Source: Bacteroidia bacterium
Lineage (GTDB): Bacteria > Bacteroidota > Bacteroidia > J057 > JADKCL01
Direction: 5' to 3'
NCBI GenBank assembly: GCA_046329055.1
Contig: JAXLVK010000014.1
Location: 5,506-69,505 of the forward strand
Length of the DNA: 64,000 bases
How positions within the stretch are numbered: position 1 is the stretch's first letter; every line of letters begins with the position of its first letter. Below the pieces are notes generated by a model. It saw nothing but the letters and a program-made list of their open reading frames with translations, was not told where the DNA came from and made no database searches. The translations under genes were made by a program, and so were the position numbers. Of the stretch, positions 20,002 through 29,389 are shown one piece after another.

Positions 20002-20829
20002 TCAAACCCCTTTGCCAGCAATGAGCTGATGGACTTGAGCCTCGGTCTTGCCCGATATTGCGGAGATTTGTGCAACGGGAAGTCCAGCGCTGTGCATGGC
20101 CAAAATCATCTCCCTCTTGCCTTGCTCGACCAGAAAAATCTCACGCTGCGCCATGTCAGTGAGGTAGATACCAAAGTCGTCGTAGGCATCTCGCTCCGCC
20201 TTGGTCCAGGATTGTTGGTCGGCATCGAGATAGGCGGTCTTGAGGCCATCATCATCGACATTGCTGGGAATGACCGCCAAATGTTCGGCATTCTTGATGA
20301 AGTAGGCCCACTTGTCCACCATGCTGACCAACTCATGCTCCTTTTTGTCAAACTTTCGCAGCTCGATGAAGAAGTACTTCACATCAGAAAGTAGGTTTTC
20401 ACCTGTCATGGTGTCAACCGTCTGATGCGTGGAGAAGTAGCTGGGATTCTGGGTGAAGTTGAAGTCCAAGATACCGATGAAGTAGGTCGGCTTCAGTTTC
20501 GGGTAGTCATCCCCGCGTTCGATTTGTGTGGAGTAGTCGCGGGCGACATAGTACTGTACCCGCTTGTCAAAGCCCACCTTCTCGGCGACTTGCAACTCAA
20601 CGATGAATTTGCGACCGCCCTGATCGGTGGCCTTCACATCGAGAATGCTCGTCTTGCCCGCAGGAACAGGTGGAAATAGGTAGGGATTCTCGACCGTGAC
20701 ACTCACCACCCTGTTGGAGCCGTCCGCGAAAAGCACCGCGTTCAGGAACGAGATGAGCGTGATGGTCTTGTTGGCATTGCCAAAAATCTTGTGGAAGGCC
20801 ACATCGTTCTTGACATCGACGAATTTCAT
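20002..20829 (-). CDS. Rpn-family recombination-promoting nuclease / putative PD-(D/E)XK transposase (YhgA-like)
   Basis: From the ATG at 20829: MKFVDVKNDVAFHKIFG..., ILDVKATDQGGRKFIVELQV, YYVARDY, PTYFIGILDF. Confidence 0.8.
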   Translation of the reverse strand: MKFVDVKNDVAFHKIFGNANKTITLISFLNAVLFADGSNRVVSVTVENPYLFPPVPAGKTSILDVKATDQGGRKFIVELQVAEKVGFDKRVQYYVARDYSTQIERGDDYPKLKPTYFIGILDFNFTQNPSYFSTHQTVDTMTGENLLSDVKYFFIELRKFDKKEHELVSMVDKWAYFIKNAEHLAVIPSNVDDDGLKTAYLDADQQSWTKAERDAYDDFGIYLTDMAQREIFLVEQGKREMILAMHSAGLPVAQISAISGKTEAQVHQLIAGKGV

Positions 20830-20850
20830 GCTGTGAGCGATTTTAAGGTG

Positions 20851-20858
20851 CAAAGATA
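20851..20858 (-). promoter_or_regulatory. Bacteroidota -7 promoter-like motif (TAtcTTTG) upstream of the Rpn gene
   Basis: The minus strand reads CGTATCTTTGCACC, 22 nt upstream of the ATG. It matches the TAnnTTTG consensus. Confidence 0.3.
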
Positions 20859-20942
20859 CGGAAATTCGCGGGAGGTTGCTTCTTCGAAGGGGAATCGAAT
20901 CCTCCCCCCGCATCCCCTTTTTTAGTAACTTGCCGCCCTTTT

Positions 20943-23207
20943 ATGAAAGGCTGGGGCACATACACACTGGGCACTAGGAATGGGCTGATCGCCCTCCTCC
21001 TCTTTTTGTGTATGGCCTCCCTCCTCCACGCCCAGCGGCTCGACGACGACATCGACAACTTCCCCAAGCTGCCGCAGGACAGCAGCCGGGTGGAGGCCCT
21101 TTGCCGCATCAGCGATGCGCTCATGCGGGATTATCCCGACTCGGCGATGGCGTTTGCTGGGCAGGCGATGGCGATCAGCCGCAAGGTGAATTACCTCCCG
21201 GGACAATCGCGGGCGCGGCTCCTTCAGACGAGGGCCTTCATCGCCAAGGGCGATTTTGAGAATGCGGAGGCCTCCCTGAGCATCTGTGAATCGGAATTCG
21301 GGCAGGCGGCGGACATGCACGGGCTGGCGGATTGCGCGCTTGCGCAGGCGGAACTGGGCATGGCCCGGCGCAACTGGACCAAGGCCCTCGCGGCTTGCCA
21401 CAAGGCGGATTCGCTCCTGCAAGGCGACTCATTGGCATGGTGGGCGACGGCGCACCTGCGCGGTCGGCTGTTCCAGGAACTGGGCAGTTTGGATCAGGCG
21501 GGGCAATATTTCGGCGAGGCGATCCGGCTGGCTTCGGTCAAGGGCGACGTCCGCGGTCATGGCCTGGGTTGCGAATCCTTGGGGCAAGTCCAGCTTTCAC
21601 AAGGCCGCAATGACAGCGCTGCGATTCAATTCAGGGATGCATTCGAGGCTTGGAAGGCAGCGGGTGACCGCAATGGGCAATCCTCGGCATTGATCGGTGA
21701 GGGAACGGCGGCGGTGCGGGCTGGGCGGCCGGAAAATGGCTTCCAACTCCTGCGCAAGGCCTACATCATCGCATTGGAGGATGGGGCGCGGCAAAGGGCG
21801 GCATTGGCATTGATCCGGCTGGGTGAATCGGAGGTGAAGCTGGGGCAGCCCGACTCGGCGCTCAAGCGCTGCGCGGACGCGGTGACACTGCTGCGGCAGC
21901 CCAAGGATCTGAACCTCGCGGTGGATGCGCGCATCGGATTGGTGCAGGCGTTGCTGATCAAGGGTGACTATGCGCGGGGCATCCGCCATGGGGACACGGC
22001 GATCGCATTGGCGGACAGCTTCAAGCTCTTCAAGCCATTGGCGACGGTGAACCTGCTCATTTCCAGGGCCTACCAGACCACAGGCGATTACCGCCGGGCC
22101 CTCGACCACTTCCAATGGGCGAGTGCAGCCAAGGACAGCCTGCAAAGGCAGCGCGACCGCAACCAAACCACGGCATTGCAGGTGCGGCTCACGGACGAGG
22201 AGGAGTTTTCCGGCAGGCACAAGATCGAGCAGGCACAGGCTGCAGCCGAGGCGGCGCAATCCGATGCCAAGACCTACCAATTGTTGTTCTGGATCGGCTT
22301 GGGGGCATTGATCCTGGGCATTGGGCTGGGTGGATGGGTCGTGTTGCGGGCAAATGGCCGTGCACGCAAGCTCTCCCAACGGGTCCGTGAGCAAAACGAC
22401 GAACTCGGCCGTACCAAGGAGGAACTCGCCCGCGTGAGCACCCGCCTGCAGGAAAGCAACTTTGACTACGAATCGGTGATCGCTGAGCGGACGGAGACCT
22501 TGCAAGAGGCCGTCGAAAGCCTGATTTCCGAAAATGAGGCCTTGGAGGAATTCATCAACCACAGCGCCAATGACCTGCTCGGCCCGGTCGCACGGCTCAA
22601 GGGATTGGTCTCCGTCGCCCGCAATTCCGGCCAAATCAAGGACCTGATCCAGGCCATCGACCTGATCGACGCGGTGAGCACCTACATGGACAAGGTGATC
22701 CGCAAACTCATCGCCTCCCACGAACTCAAGCACGGCTTCAAAAGTCCGGAGCAGGTGAACTTGGAGGAATTGATCTTGGACATCATCCCGCAGCTCAAGC
22801 AGATTCCCGGCGTCAAATACCCGGACATCCGCCTCGACGACCGCCTCAAGCGTCCGGTGTTCGTGGACCGCAACATGATCCGTGTGATCTTGGAGAACCT
22901 GCTGGAAAATGCCTGCGTCTTCCGCAAGGACGTGAACAACGACTCCCCCAAGATCGATGTGCTGCTCCAAAAGGAGGACGAAGGCATCATGATCCGCATC
23001 CACGACGAAGGTATCGGCATCCCGAACAACATCCGCGACCAGATTTTCAACCTCTTCTTCCGGGGCAATGAGCGCTCCAAAGGCGTGGGCCTCGGCCTGC
23101 ACCTCGTGCAACGTGCATTGCGTCAGATTGGCGGCCGCGTAGCCGTGGAAAGCAAGCAGGGCATGTTCACGGAATTTACCGTTCGGTTCAGGGAGTACGA
23201 GGGCTAA
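20943..23207 (+). CDS. TPR-repeat sensor histidine kinase (orphan)
   Basis: Signal/TM, long TPR-like region, TM (LLFWIGLGALILGIGLGGWVV), coiled coil. HATPase_c blocks: ILENLLENACVF, DEGIGIP, GVGLGLHLV. Confidence 0.85.
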   Translation: MKGWGTYTLGTRNGLIALLLFLCMASLLHAQRLDDDIDNFPKLPQDSSRVEALCRISDALMRDYPDSAMAFAGQAMAISRKVNYLPGQSRARLLQTRAFIAKGDFENAEASLSICESEFGQAADMHGLADCALAQAELGMARRNWTKALAACHKADSLLQGDSLAWWATAHLRGRLFQELGSLDQAGQYFGEAIRLASVKGDVRGHGLGCESLGQVQLSQGRNDSAAIQFRDAFEAWKAAGDRNGQSSALIGEGTAAVRAGRPENGFQLLRKAYIIALEDGARQRAALALIRLGESEVKLGQPDSALKRCADAVTLLRQPKDLNLAVDARIGLVQALLIKGDYARGIRHGDTAIALADSFKLFKPLATVNLLISRAYQTTGDYRRALDHFQWASAAKDSLQRQRDRNQTTALQVRLTDEEEFSGRHKIEQAQAAAEAAQSDAKTYQLLFWIGLGALILGIGLGGWVVLRANGRARKLSQRVREQNDELGRTKEELARVSTRLQESNFDYESVIAERTETLQEAVESLISENEALEEFINHSANDLLGPVARLKGLVSVARNSGQIKDLIQAIDLIDAVSTYMDKVIRKLIASHELKHGFKSPEQVNLEELILDIIPQLKQIPGVKYPDIRLDDRLKRPVFVDRNMIRVILENLLENACVFRKDVNNDSPKIDVLLQKEDEGIMIRIHDEGIGIPNNIRDQIFNLFFRGNERSKGVGLGLHLVQRALRQIGGRVAVESKQGMFTEFTVRFREYEG

Positions 23208-24693
23208 GCCCCGGAATCCAAGCCTTCAGTTCCATCTTCTGATCCACCTTCCACATCGGCACCCAAAGCGTGTCCTTCCCCGAAAATGCGGGCAGGAAAT
23301 GCACCACCTCATTTTCCCCCATCACCTCAGCAGGCAGCGGGTTGCGGTTGGAGACGAACAGGTATTGCCCCATGCCTGAGAGTTCGGCCTCTTTGGTCAG
23401 GAGGTGATCCATCTGAAAACTGTCATGCAGACATGTTCGGATCCGGCTTCCTCCTTCCTCCAAGAATCTGCGACTGAAGTGGTAGCCCCATTCGCCCGTC
23501 CTGATGAACCGCTCGCGGTCATGGAGTTCATCTGCCACGGATTCCAGCAAATGATCCAGATACGCCGGATCGCTGAACACCGACAGCTTTTGGAAGTACT
23601 CCCGCACAAACCGATCATCCCGAAACGGAAAATCCCCCATGACCTCGTGGTAATCCCCGACCGGATTCCATCCGTCCACGCGGTAACCCCAAATCGGGCC
23701 GTTGATATAGGTGTCCTCGCCCTGACCGGAGAAGCCGTCGTAGCCCACAGGCTCAAGCTGGCTCGAAACGGGATTGAAATAGTACCGCCGGTTGTGCCAA
23801 ATCAAGCTATGGTAGGCTCCAAACAAGTCGGTGAGGGCATAGTAGCTCGCCGTCCGATGCAGGTCGATCATGTCCATCGGGACGCCAGAGCCTTGGCGGT
23901 ATTCTGCCATCAACTGGTCGGCGAAGTGAAATTCGGCGAGGTTGGCTGAGTCGCGGAGGATGGATTTGGGCTTGAAGGGCCGCACAGGCGCTGCCTCCAA
24001 GAATGGCGTAAGCATGTACGGAAATGCGCTGTCCCGCAATGCCGCGACCCGCGCCTCCCACATCCCGGTTTCGTCGATCCGCAGGATGGGTCCCTCTGGC
24101 CTGCCTTGGCGACGCAGCAATTGCGGGGTGAAATGCTCCTCGACCGCGTACGGCCCCCAATCCTCACCATTGACGGCGAGCCGGATGAAGTCATAGCGCG
24201 GCGCCAAAACGCCCTCGGCTTGCAGGGCCTTGTGGTAGAGCCATTCCTTCAGGTGGTCCCTGCGGCGCGGCAGCATCAAGGAGAAGTCGGTCAGACCCCG
24301 CCAAGCCTTGTCGCCCTTGACCTCGACACGGAATGACCACCGGTCGTCTTGGATATGATCGGTCCAGTCGCCCTTGAGGCGCAATTCGACGGGCCAATCT
24401 TGGTCGCCTTCTGTCAATTCAGCTTCGACCCAGCTTTCGTCGGTTTCGCGCAGGACGCCGATTTGCAGGGCTTGCTCGCGGATGGCGTTGAGTTGTGCCA
24501 TAGCTGCAGGCTCGATTCGGAGCTCGATGGACTGCATCGATGGGAAGGTGTGGGGGGAGAGGTCGCTGGACGACTTTTTGTCCGGGCTCATTGTCGCCAA
24601 TGCAACCAAGAACAGAACCGGGATCGCCAATGCCAGCAACACCACGCTCCATGAGGATCGTGCCTTTTGGGCGGGGTGATGATGGATGGACAT
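23188..24693 (-). CDS. CotH kinase-family protein (N-terminal TM/signal anchor)
   Basis: WPVELRLKGDWTDHIQDDRWSFRVEVKGDKAWRGLTDFSLMLPRRRDHLKEWLYH...VNGEDWGPYAVEEHF. Paralogous to the core of 24940-27864. Confidence 0.75.
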   Translation of the reverse strand: MSIHHHPAQKARSSWSVVLLALAIPVLFLVALATMSPDKKSSSDLSPHTFPSMQSIELRIEPAAMAQLNAIREQALQIGVLRETDESWVEAELTEGDQDWPVELRLKGDWTDHIQDDRWSFRVEVKGDKAWRGLTDFSLMLPRRRDHLKEWLYHKALQAEGVLAPRYDFIRLAVNGEDWGPYAVEEHFTPQLLRRQGRPEGPILRIDETGMWEARVAALRDSAFPYMLTPFLEAAPVRPFKPKSILRDSANLAEFHFADQLMAEYRQGSGVPMDMIDLHRTASYYALTDLFGAYHSLIWHNRRYYFNPVSSQLEPVGYDGFSGQGEDTYINGPIWGYRVDGWNPVGDYHEVMGDFPFRDDRFVREYFQKLSVFSDPAYLDHLLESVADELHDRERFIRTGEWGYHFSRRFLEEGGSRIRTCLHDSFQMDHLLTKEAELSGMGQYLFVSNRNPLPAEVMGENEVVHFLPAFSGKDTLWVPMWKVDQKMELKAWIPGLSPRTP

Positions 24694-24939
24694 GTTTCTC
24701 TATTTGAATTCTCTGTACAGCTTGATGCCTGTATGCCGCAATGCAACTTTTAGACTTCTTGTCCTTTCAATTGGATGCAGCTTTTGATCCCTTGCGGCTC
24801 TCATTTTGATTGAACGGGATAGACTGAAAACTGGTCTTCCGATTTACTCCCGCCAGAGGCGGGCGGTCTTTTCGGCTTCGGGCCGGAGCCTGTCCCGACA
24901 ATCGGGGGCCTCTCGCCTCATTTCAGGCCTCTCGCCTCC

Positions 24940-27864
24940 TCAGATTTCCGGTGCGTCCACGCTTCCTTCGATCACCTTGCCTTCCAGTGTGAGCTTGGAT
25001 CCTGTCTGGATGACGTGCAGGAGCTGGTTCCCAGCGTTTTCGCATTTCTGCACCGTGATGGTCGCCGGGCCGTATTCTGCGCGGGTCTGACTGGCCGTGA
25101 ATCCACGCTCGTTCTTGCTCAGCACCAATTTCTGGGCTTCTACTTTGGCCAGGTCTTCGGCGGCCACGGCGGTCTCGCATCCGGTTACAGTCCCATCCGC
25201 GATCGCGACCCGCGCCTCTTCTTGTGCGAGAATGCCCCGGCGCTTCGCGCCTTCGATTTGCACCCGCGCAATGCTGATATTCCCTCCGCTGAATTCCATC
25301 GCGTCCTTGCCCACCCGACTCACGGCGGCATTGTTCAACACACCCATGCAGAAGTCCGCGTCCAATCCGTCCTCCTTCGCCTGCCCGATGTAGCTGTCGT
25401 TGAAGGTGAAGATGCAGCGCATCAGGCAAAGCGCATCCTCAGCCCTGCTCCGCACGATGCGCACATGGTCAAAGAGGCTCTCGGTCTCGTACATCGTCAC
25501 CGACCCGTCCAGCTTCCAGCCCATGTAATTCAGTGAACCCAGCCCCTCGAAGGCGACATAATGGAACTCGGATTTGCCCTCGGCCTGCAACATGGAAAAG
25601 CCTTGGGCGGAGCTGTCGCTGCTCGTGATCAAGATGGGCGCATCGGCATCCCCAAACATCAGCACCTGCGACTTGGAGATGAATTTGGCGCCATTCACCA
25701 GGTCCAATTCCACGCCTTTTTCAAACCAAATCTGATAACCCACAGGGAACAGCAGGTCGCGGTTCACGGTATGCTTGCCCCGCTTGAAAGTGACCCGGTG
25801 CAGCGCCTCATCCACTTGGTAGATGTCATTGCTGCTGATGGTGAGGCCGGAAAACAGGCGCTGCTCCGGCGTGATGCCCTCGGGCTGCTTCCATTGCAAT
25901 ACCTCCACGCGGTAGAGCGAGTCCAATCCCGGCACCTTGAAATAGATCCATTTACCCTCCGTCGGGCAATACACGTCCAGGTACTCAGCAGGGAACTCAT
26001 TGTTATAGGCATCGAGGAAAGTGCTGCCCGTGAAGCTCGCATCCACACCATCGCCCTTCTTGCCAATGCCCTCCAAGAACACAGGCAGGCAATGGTAATT
26101 GAAGACGCGGTAATGATGCCCCTGGGCGGTTTTGCCTTGGTAATGCGCCTTCACGGAGCTGTGCTGCAAGGGCGCGATGAGCTGACGGATCGTTTCTCCC
26201 CGCTCAAACATCCGCCTCCGGTCAAATTTGTAACTCGGCCATTCCTTCTGGATCACCTGCTCGTAGTAGCCGATCTGCGGGGCGATGCTCAGGTAAAATG
26301 CATCCAAGTAATCCGGCTGAGTGAACTCCTGCAGCGCCTTGACATAGAGCGCGAGGAACTTCATGTCATGGAAAAACCGCTCAAACATGAGTTCCCGGTA
26401 GCCTGGCGCCATGTAACGGACGTTGCGGCTGAATCCGATGAAGGGTTTGTCGATCCAGATGAGCGGCCCAGCCTCGGTAAATCCATCGAATCCGATCGGC
26501 TCCAGCTTCTGCAATACCGGGTTGAAGTACCAGCGTTGGTTGTGCCAGATGAAGGCATGTTGCGCACCCAGCACATCGATGACGGCGTAGTAGCGGGCCA
26601 CCTTTTGCGCGTCAAACAGCTCCCAAATGGTCCGTTGCCCGGTTTTGTACTGCTGGATGAGCTGCTGCGCCGTCTCCACCTCGCGCCGGAGAGTGCTGTC
26701 CTTCCGCAAGGATTTTCCGCCAAATGGCACAATGTCCGAGGATTTGTAAGCCGGGACATGACGCTCGAAGTCCTCCAGGTCCGTGTCGAGTGAGACACCC
26801 TGTGCCTCCCAGAGTCCTTCCTCGTCGTATTTCATGATCGGGCCCTTGACCCGGCCCTTTTCACGGGCCATCTGCGGGGTGAAATGCTCCTCGTAGGCAT
26901 AAAGGCCCTTTTCCTTGCCATTGATCCGCACCTGCACGAAACCGTAGATCGGGTTGATGACCTGCTCCTTGTCAAGCCAGCGGTGGAAAATCCATTCGCT
27001 CAGGAAGGACCGCGTCCGGGGATTTTGGATGGAAAATACCGTCATGCCCCGCCAAGCCTCGCCCTCATCCAGATCTATGCGGAAGGACCATTTGTCGCCC
27101 ATGAGGTGATCCGTCCAGTCGCCCTTGAGCCGGAGGCGACCCGGATGCTGCTTGCCGCCCTCCTTGAGCGTGCACCGCACCCAGCTCTGCTCGTCCTGCC
27201 CCAGCAACCCGCGCGCCAGCGCAGCCTCGCGCTGCTGCACAAGCGTATCCCATCCGCTCCCCACTTCCAAGTCGAGCGTCACCACGGAATCCTGCGCCGT
27301 GACATTGCCCTCCGGCAGGCTCTGCCCCTCGGCCAGTCGCTGCACGCTGAAGTCGTCGAAATAGGCAGTAGCCGGGTTCGGGTTCCAGACATAGACCTTG
27401 AGGCTCGCCTTCCCGCTGTAGGTCGGGACCTTGATCTTGAGCATGTATTCGACCCAATCTCCCTCGATCATTCCGGTCGCCACGGCTTCCTTGTATTGGC
27501 CCCAGGAGGCGTCCGCAACGAAGGTGCCTGTGTTTTCGGGCGACTTGCGCCAAACCTTGGCGACAAACTGATCGCCGGGGCGCAGGTCGGTCGTCTCCCA
27601 AGTCAGTCCAAATTCCTTGCCCGCCTGAATCCTGCAACTGTATTTGCCAGAGCGGGCGGCGGAGTCGCTTTGGGTCTCCCCGTGAGCGAAGCGTTGCCCT
27701 CCAGCCTTGAAGTAGGTCGCATCACCCTCCTTTTCCACGCTTTCCATGTCGCAGGAGAGGGAGTCCCAGCCGCGTCCCCCCTTGCCACAGCCGCCGATCA
27801 TGCCAGCGCTGAGCAGCAAGGACAGCAACACCATCCATCTATGGATATGGGCCGCAGCCCTCAT
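24940..27864 (-). CDS. Large CotH kinase-family lipoprotein: N-terminal CBM-like domain, CotH core, C-terminal beta-helix-like region
   Basis: Lipobox from the ATG at 27864 (LSAGMIGGCGK). Jelly-roll/CBM-like N-terminal region ending in AYFDDFSVQRL. CotH core: RLRLKGDWTDHLMGDKWSFRIDL...INGKEKGLYAYEEHF. Confidence 0.75.
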   Translation of the reverse strand: MRAAAHIHRWMVLLSLLLSAGMIGGCGKGGRGWDSLSCDMESVEKEGDATYFKAGGQRFAHGETQSDSAARSGKYSCRIQAGKEFGLTWETTDLRPGDQFVAKVWRKSPENTGTFVADASWGQYKEAVATGMIEGDWVEYMLKIKVPTYSGKASLKVYVWNPNPATAYFDDFSVQRLAEGQSLPEGNVTAQDSVVTLDLEVGSGWDTLVQQREAALARGLLGQDEQSWVRCTLKEGGKQHPGRLRLKGDWTDHLMGDKWSFRIDLDEGEAWRGMTVFSIQNPRTRSFLSEWIFHRWLDKEQVINPIYGFVQVRINGKEKGLYAYEEHFTPQMAREKGRVKGPIMKYDEEGLWEAQGVSLDTDLEDFERHVPAYKSSDIVPFGGKSLRKDSTLRREVETAQQLIQQYKTGQRTIWELFDAQKVARYYAVIDVLGAQHAFIWHNQRWYFNPVLQKLEPIGFDGFTEAGPLIWIDKPFIGFSRNVRYMAPGYRELMFERFFHDMKFLALYVKALQEFTQPDYLDAFYLSIAPQIGYYEQVIQKEWPSYKFDRRRMFERGETIRQLIAPLQHSSVKAHYQGKTAQGHHYRVFNYHCLPVFLEGIGKKGDGVDASFTGSTFLDAYNNEFPAEYLDVYCPTEGKWIYFKVPGLDSLYRVEVLQWKQPEGITPEQRLFSGLTISSNDIYQVDEALHRVTFKRGKHTVNRDLLFPVGYQIWFEKGVELDLVNGAKFISKSQVLMFGDADAPILITSSDSSAQGFSMLQAEGKSEFHYVAFEGLGSLNYMGWKLDGSVTMYETESLFDHVRIVRSRAEDALCLMRCIFTFNDSYIGQAKEDGLDADFCMGVLNNAAVSRVGKDAMEFSGGNISIARVQIEGAKRRGILAQEEARVAIADGTVTGCETAVAAEDLAKVEAQKLVLSKNERGFTASQTRAEYGPATITVQKCENAGNQLLHVIQTGSKLTLEGKVIEGSVDAPEI

Positions 27865-28043
27865 CGTCTTGTATTCCATTGGCATTCTTACCATCAGGCA
27901 ATCCGACGCCTCCCCGACCTCCTTCAAGTGGGTTGGGCGTCACAGCCCCTAAAATTAGACAACGCCCACCGCAAAAGCGAAGGACGGCTGAGGGCTTGGC
28001 AGGACTTGTTGAGGAAATGAGCCGGATTTACCCAGAAAAGGCG

Positions 28044-28439
28044 TCAATCCTTCGGTCGGTTGCAGATGTGGATGCAGTGTGGCTTCTCGGGGAGCTCGAT
28101 AAAGGTGAAGCAGCCCTTGATGCCTTTGCGCCTCACTTGGCGTCGAACTTCCTGAACCCGATAGTAGCTACCACTGACGTAGAAGACCGAGCCCTTTGCT
28201 ACATTGAAATGTACAGGTCCCGTCACCGAAAACTGAACCAAGGGCCGGATGGCAGGAAGGCCGAATCGATTGACCACAATCCCCCGGAAGAATCCATGAA
28301 CGCTTGCACGGCATTCTCCTAGCTGAAATCCTGCGGGATTGCAGAACTCATAGGCTGAAGCCTCTTGGGCGACAAGCTTGGTTCCACCAATCAAGCACAG
28401 CAGCATGAGAATCTTCAGTATCGTTGCCCTTGGCCTCAT
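28044..28439 (-). CDS. Small secreted Cys-rich protein; candidate immunity or inhibitor partner of the calpain-like protease
   Basis: Signal peptide MRPRATILKILMLLCLIGGTKLVAQEA. Five Cys in the mature part. Its ATG overlaps the upstream stop (ATGA at 28436-28439). Confidence 0.55.
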   Translation of the reverse strand: MRPRATILKILMLLCLIGGTKLVAQEASAYEFCNPAGFQLGECRASVHGFFRGIVVNRFGLPAIRPLVQFSVTGPVHFNVAKGSVFYVSGSYYRVQEVRRQVRRKGIKGCFTFIELPEKPHCIHICNRPKD

Positions 28440-29389
28440 TCCTCCGACGACTTTGCTGGGCCATAGTCAACTGATACGAAGTGCTTCACAAGCAAGTCCA
28501 CTGGAAGATCGTATAAGTTGTCAGGACCGTAGGGATCCCTAAGAGAAATCGTCCCGCCAGCCGGATCAACATCAATCACTGAGTAGGCATGTGGGCCTAG
28601 GATGGTGAAATTGCCAAATTGCTTCTTCTTCCCTCCCCAATCCTTCGTACATAACACCACTGCGTTTCCTTCGGAAACTTGGTCAGCGATCAATTGCAAG
28701 ACCGTATCCTTCCCCGCCGCCAAGCCAGCCTTGGCGAATGCTTGCTCATCGCTCCCCCAGCGGTCCGTACGTTCATTGTAAATGGCGGCGTTTTTGGATG
28801 ATTGGCCAGTAAACATCTCGAAGGCAACCGTTGGATCTTCCCCATCCAAGTCCTGGAAGTGACCTCCGCTGATAAGCACCGCTGCAGCTTCCAGTACCAT
28901 CACCCAGATTTCCATTTGGTCATCCCCCAGGCCCGCATAGCGCGGAAACCCAGTATCGGCTCTGGTGGGGAACTTCCTTCCGACCGTTATCGTCTTCCGG
29001 ACCAAGGGAGATTTTTCGTCTCCACCCTCGCGGACATAGAGCTTCACATTGAATTTGCCGTCCTCTCGCTCTTCGATGATCTCCTCCAAATAGGACGGAT
29101 TGGCCTTGGCAAATGCGGCAAGGGTTGCCATCAGCCAGCAATCCCCTACCTCCCCTTGGTAAACATCATCCTCCGCGAAGGCATGCGCATCGCCCTCGCC
29201 TGCTGCTGCCAAAGGCCCCTCGAACCGCTTGGGTTCACTTGGTACGGGCGGCTTCTTCTTTTTGCCTCCACCCCCGTCCTCGGGGCTTGCCGTAAGTGAA
29301 AACGCAGGTGGCGCCATGGCGGTCATCGTTGGAGACTCAGCCTCTGGGGCTTGACGCAATTGTCTTGGTGACTGTGTTTGTGCTTTCAT
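28436..29389 (-). CDS. Calpain-like (C2/papain-fold) cysteine protease with a disordered N-terminal region and no signal peptide
   Basis: Catalytic-site-like motifs: YQGEVGDCWLMATLAAFA (Cys), LGPHAYSVIDV (His), ISLRDPYG (Asn/Asp position). The N-terminal ~70 aa are Pro/Gly/Lys-rich and contain APPAFSLTAS. Confidence 0.75.
   Translation of the reverse strand: MKAQTQSPRQLRQAPEAESPTMTAMAPPAFSLTASPEDGGGGKKKKPPVPSEPKRFEGPLAAAGEGDAHAFAEDDVYQGEVGDCWLMATLAAFAKANPSYLEEIIEEREDGKFNVKLYVREGGDEKSPLVRKTITVGRKFPTRADTGFPRYAGLGDDQMEIWVMVLEAAAVLISGGHFQDLDGEDPTVAFEMFTGQSSKNAAIYNERTDRWGSDEQAFAKAGLAAGKDTVLQLIADQVSEGNAVVLCTKDWGGKKKQFGNFTILGPHAYSVIDVDPAGGTISLRDPYGPDNLYDLPVDLLVKHFVSVDYGPAKSSEE

Noticed and set aside
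23188-23207. 20-bp convergent overlap of the histidine kinase and CotH gene 3' ends
   Set aside because: Convergent 3' overlaps occur by chance in compact genomes. No structure or motif suggests a regulatory role.
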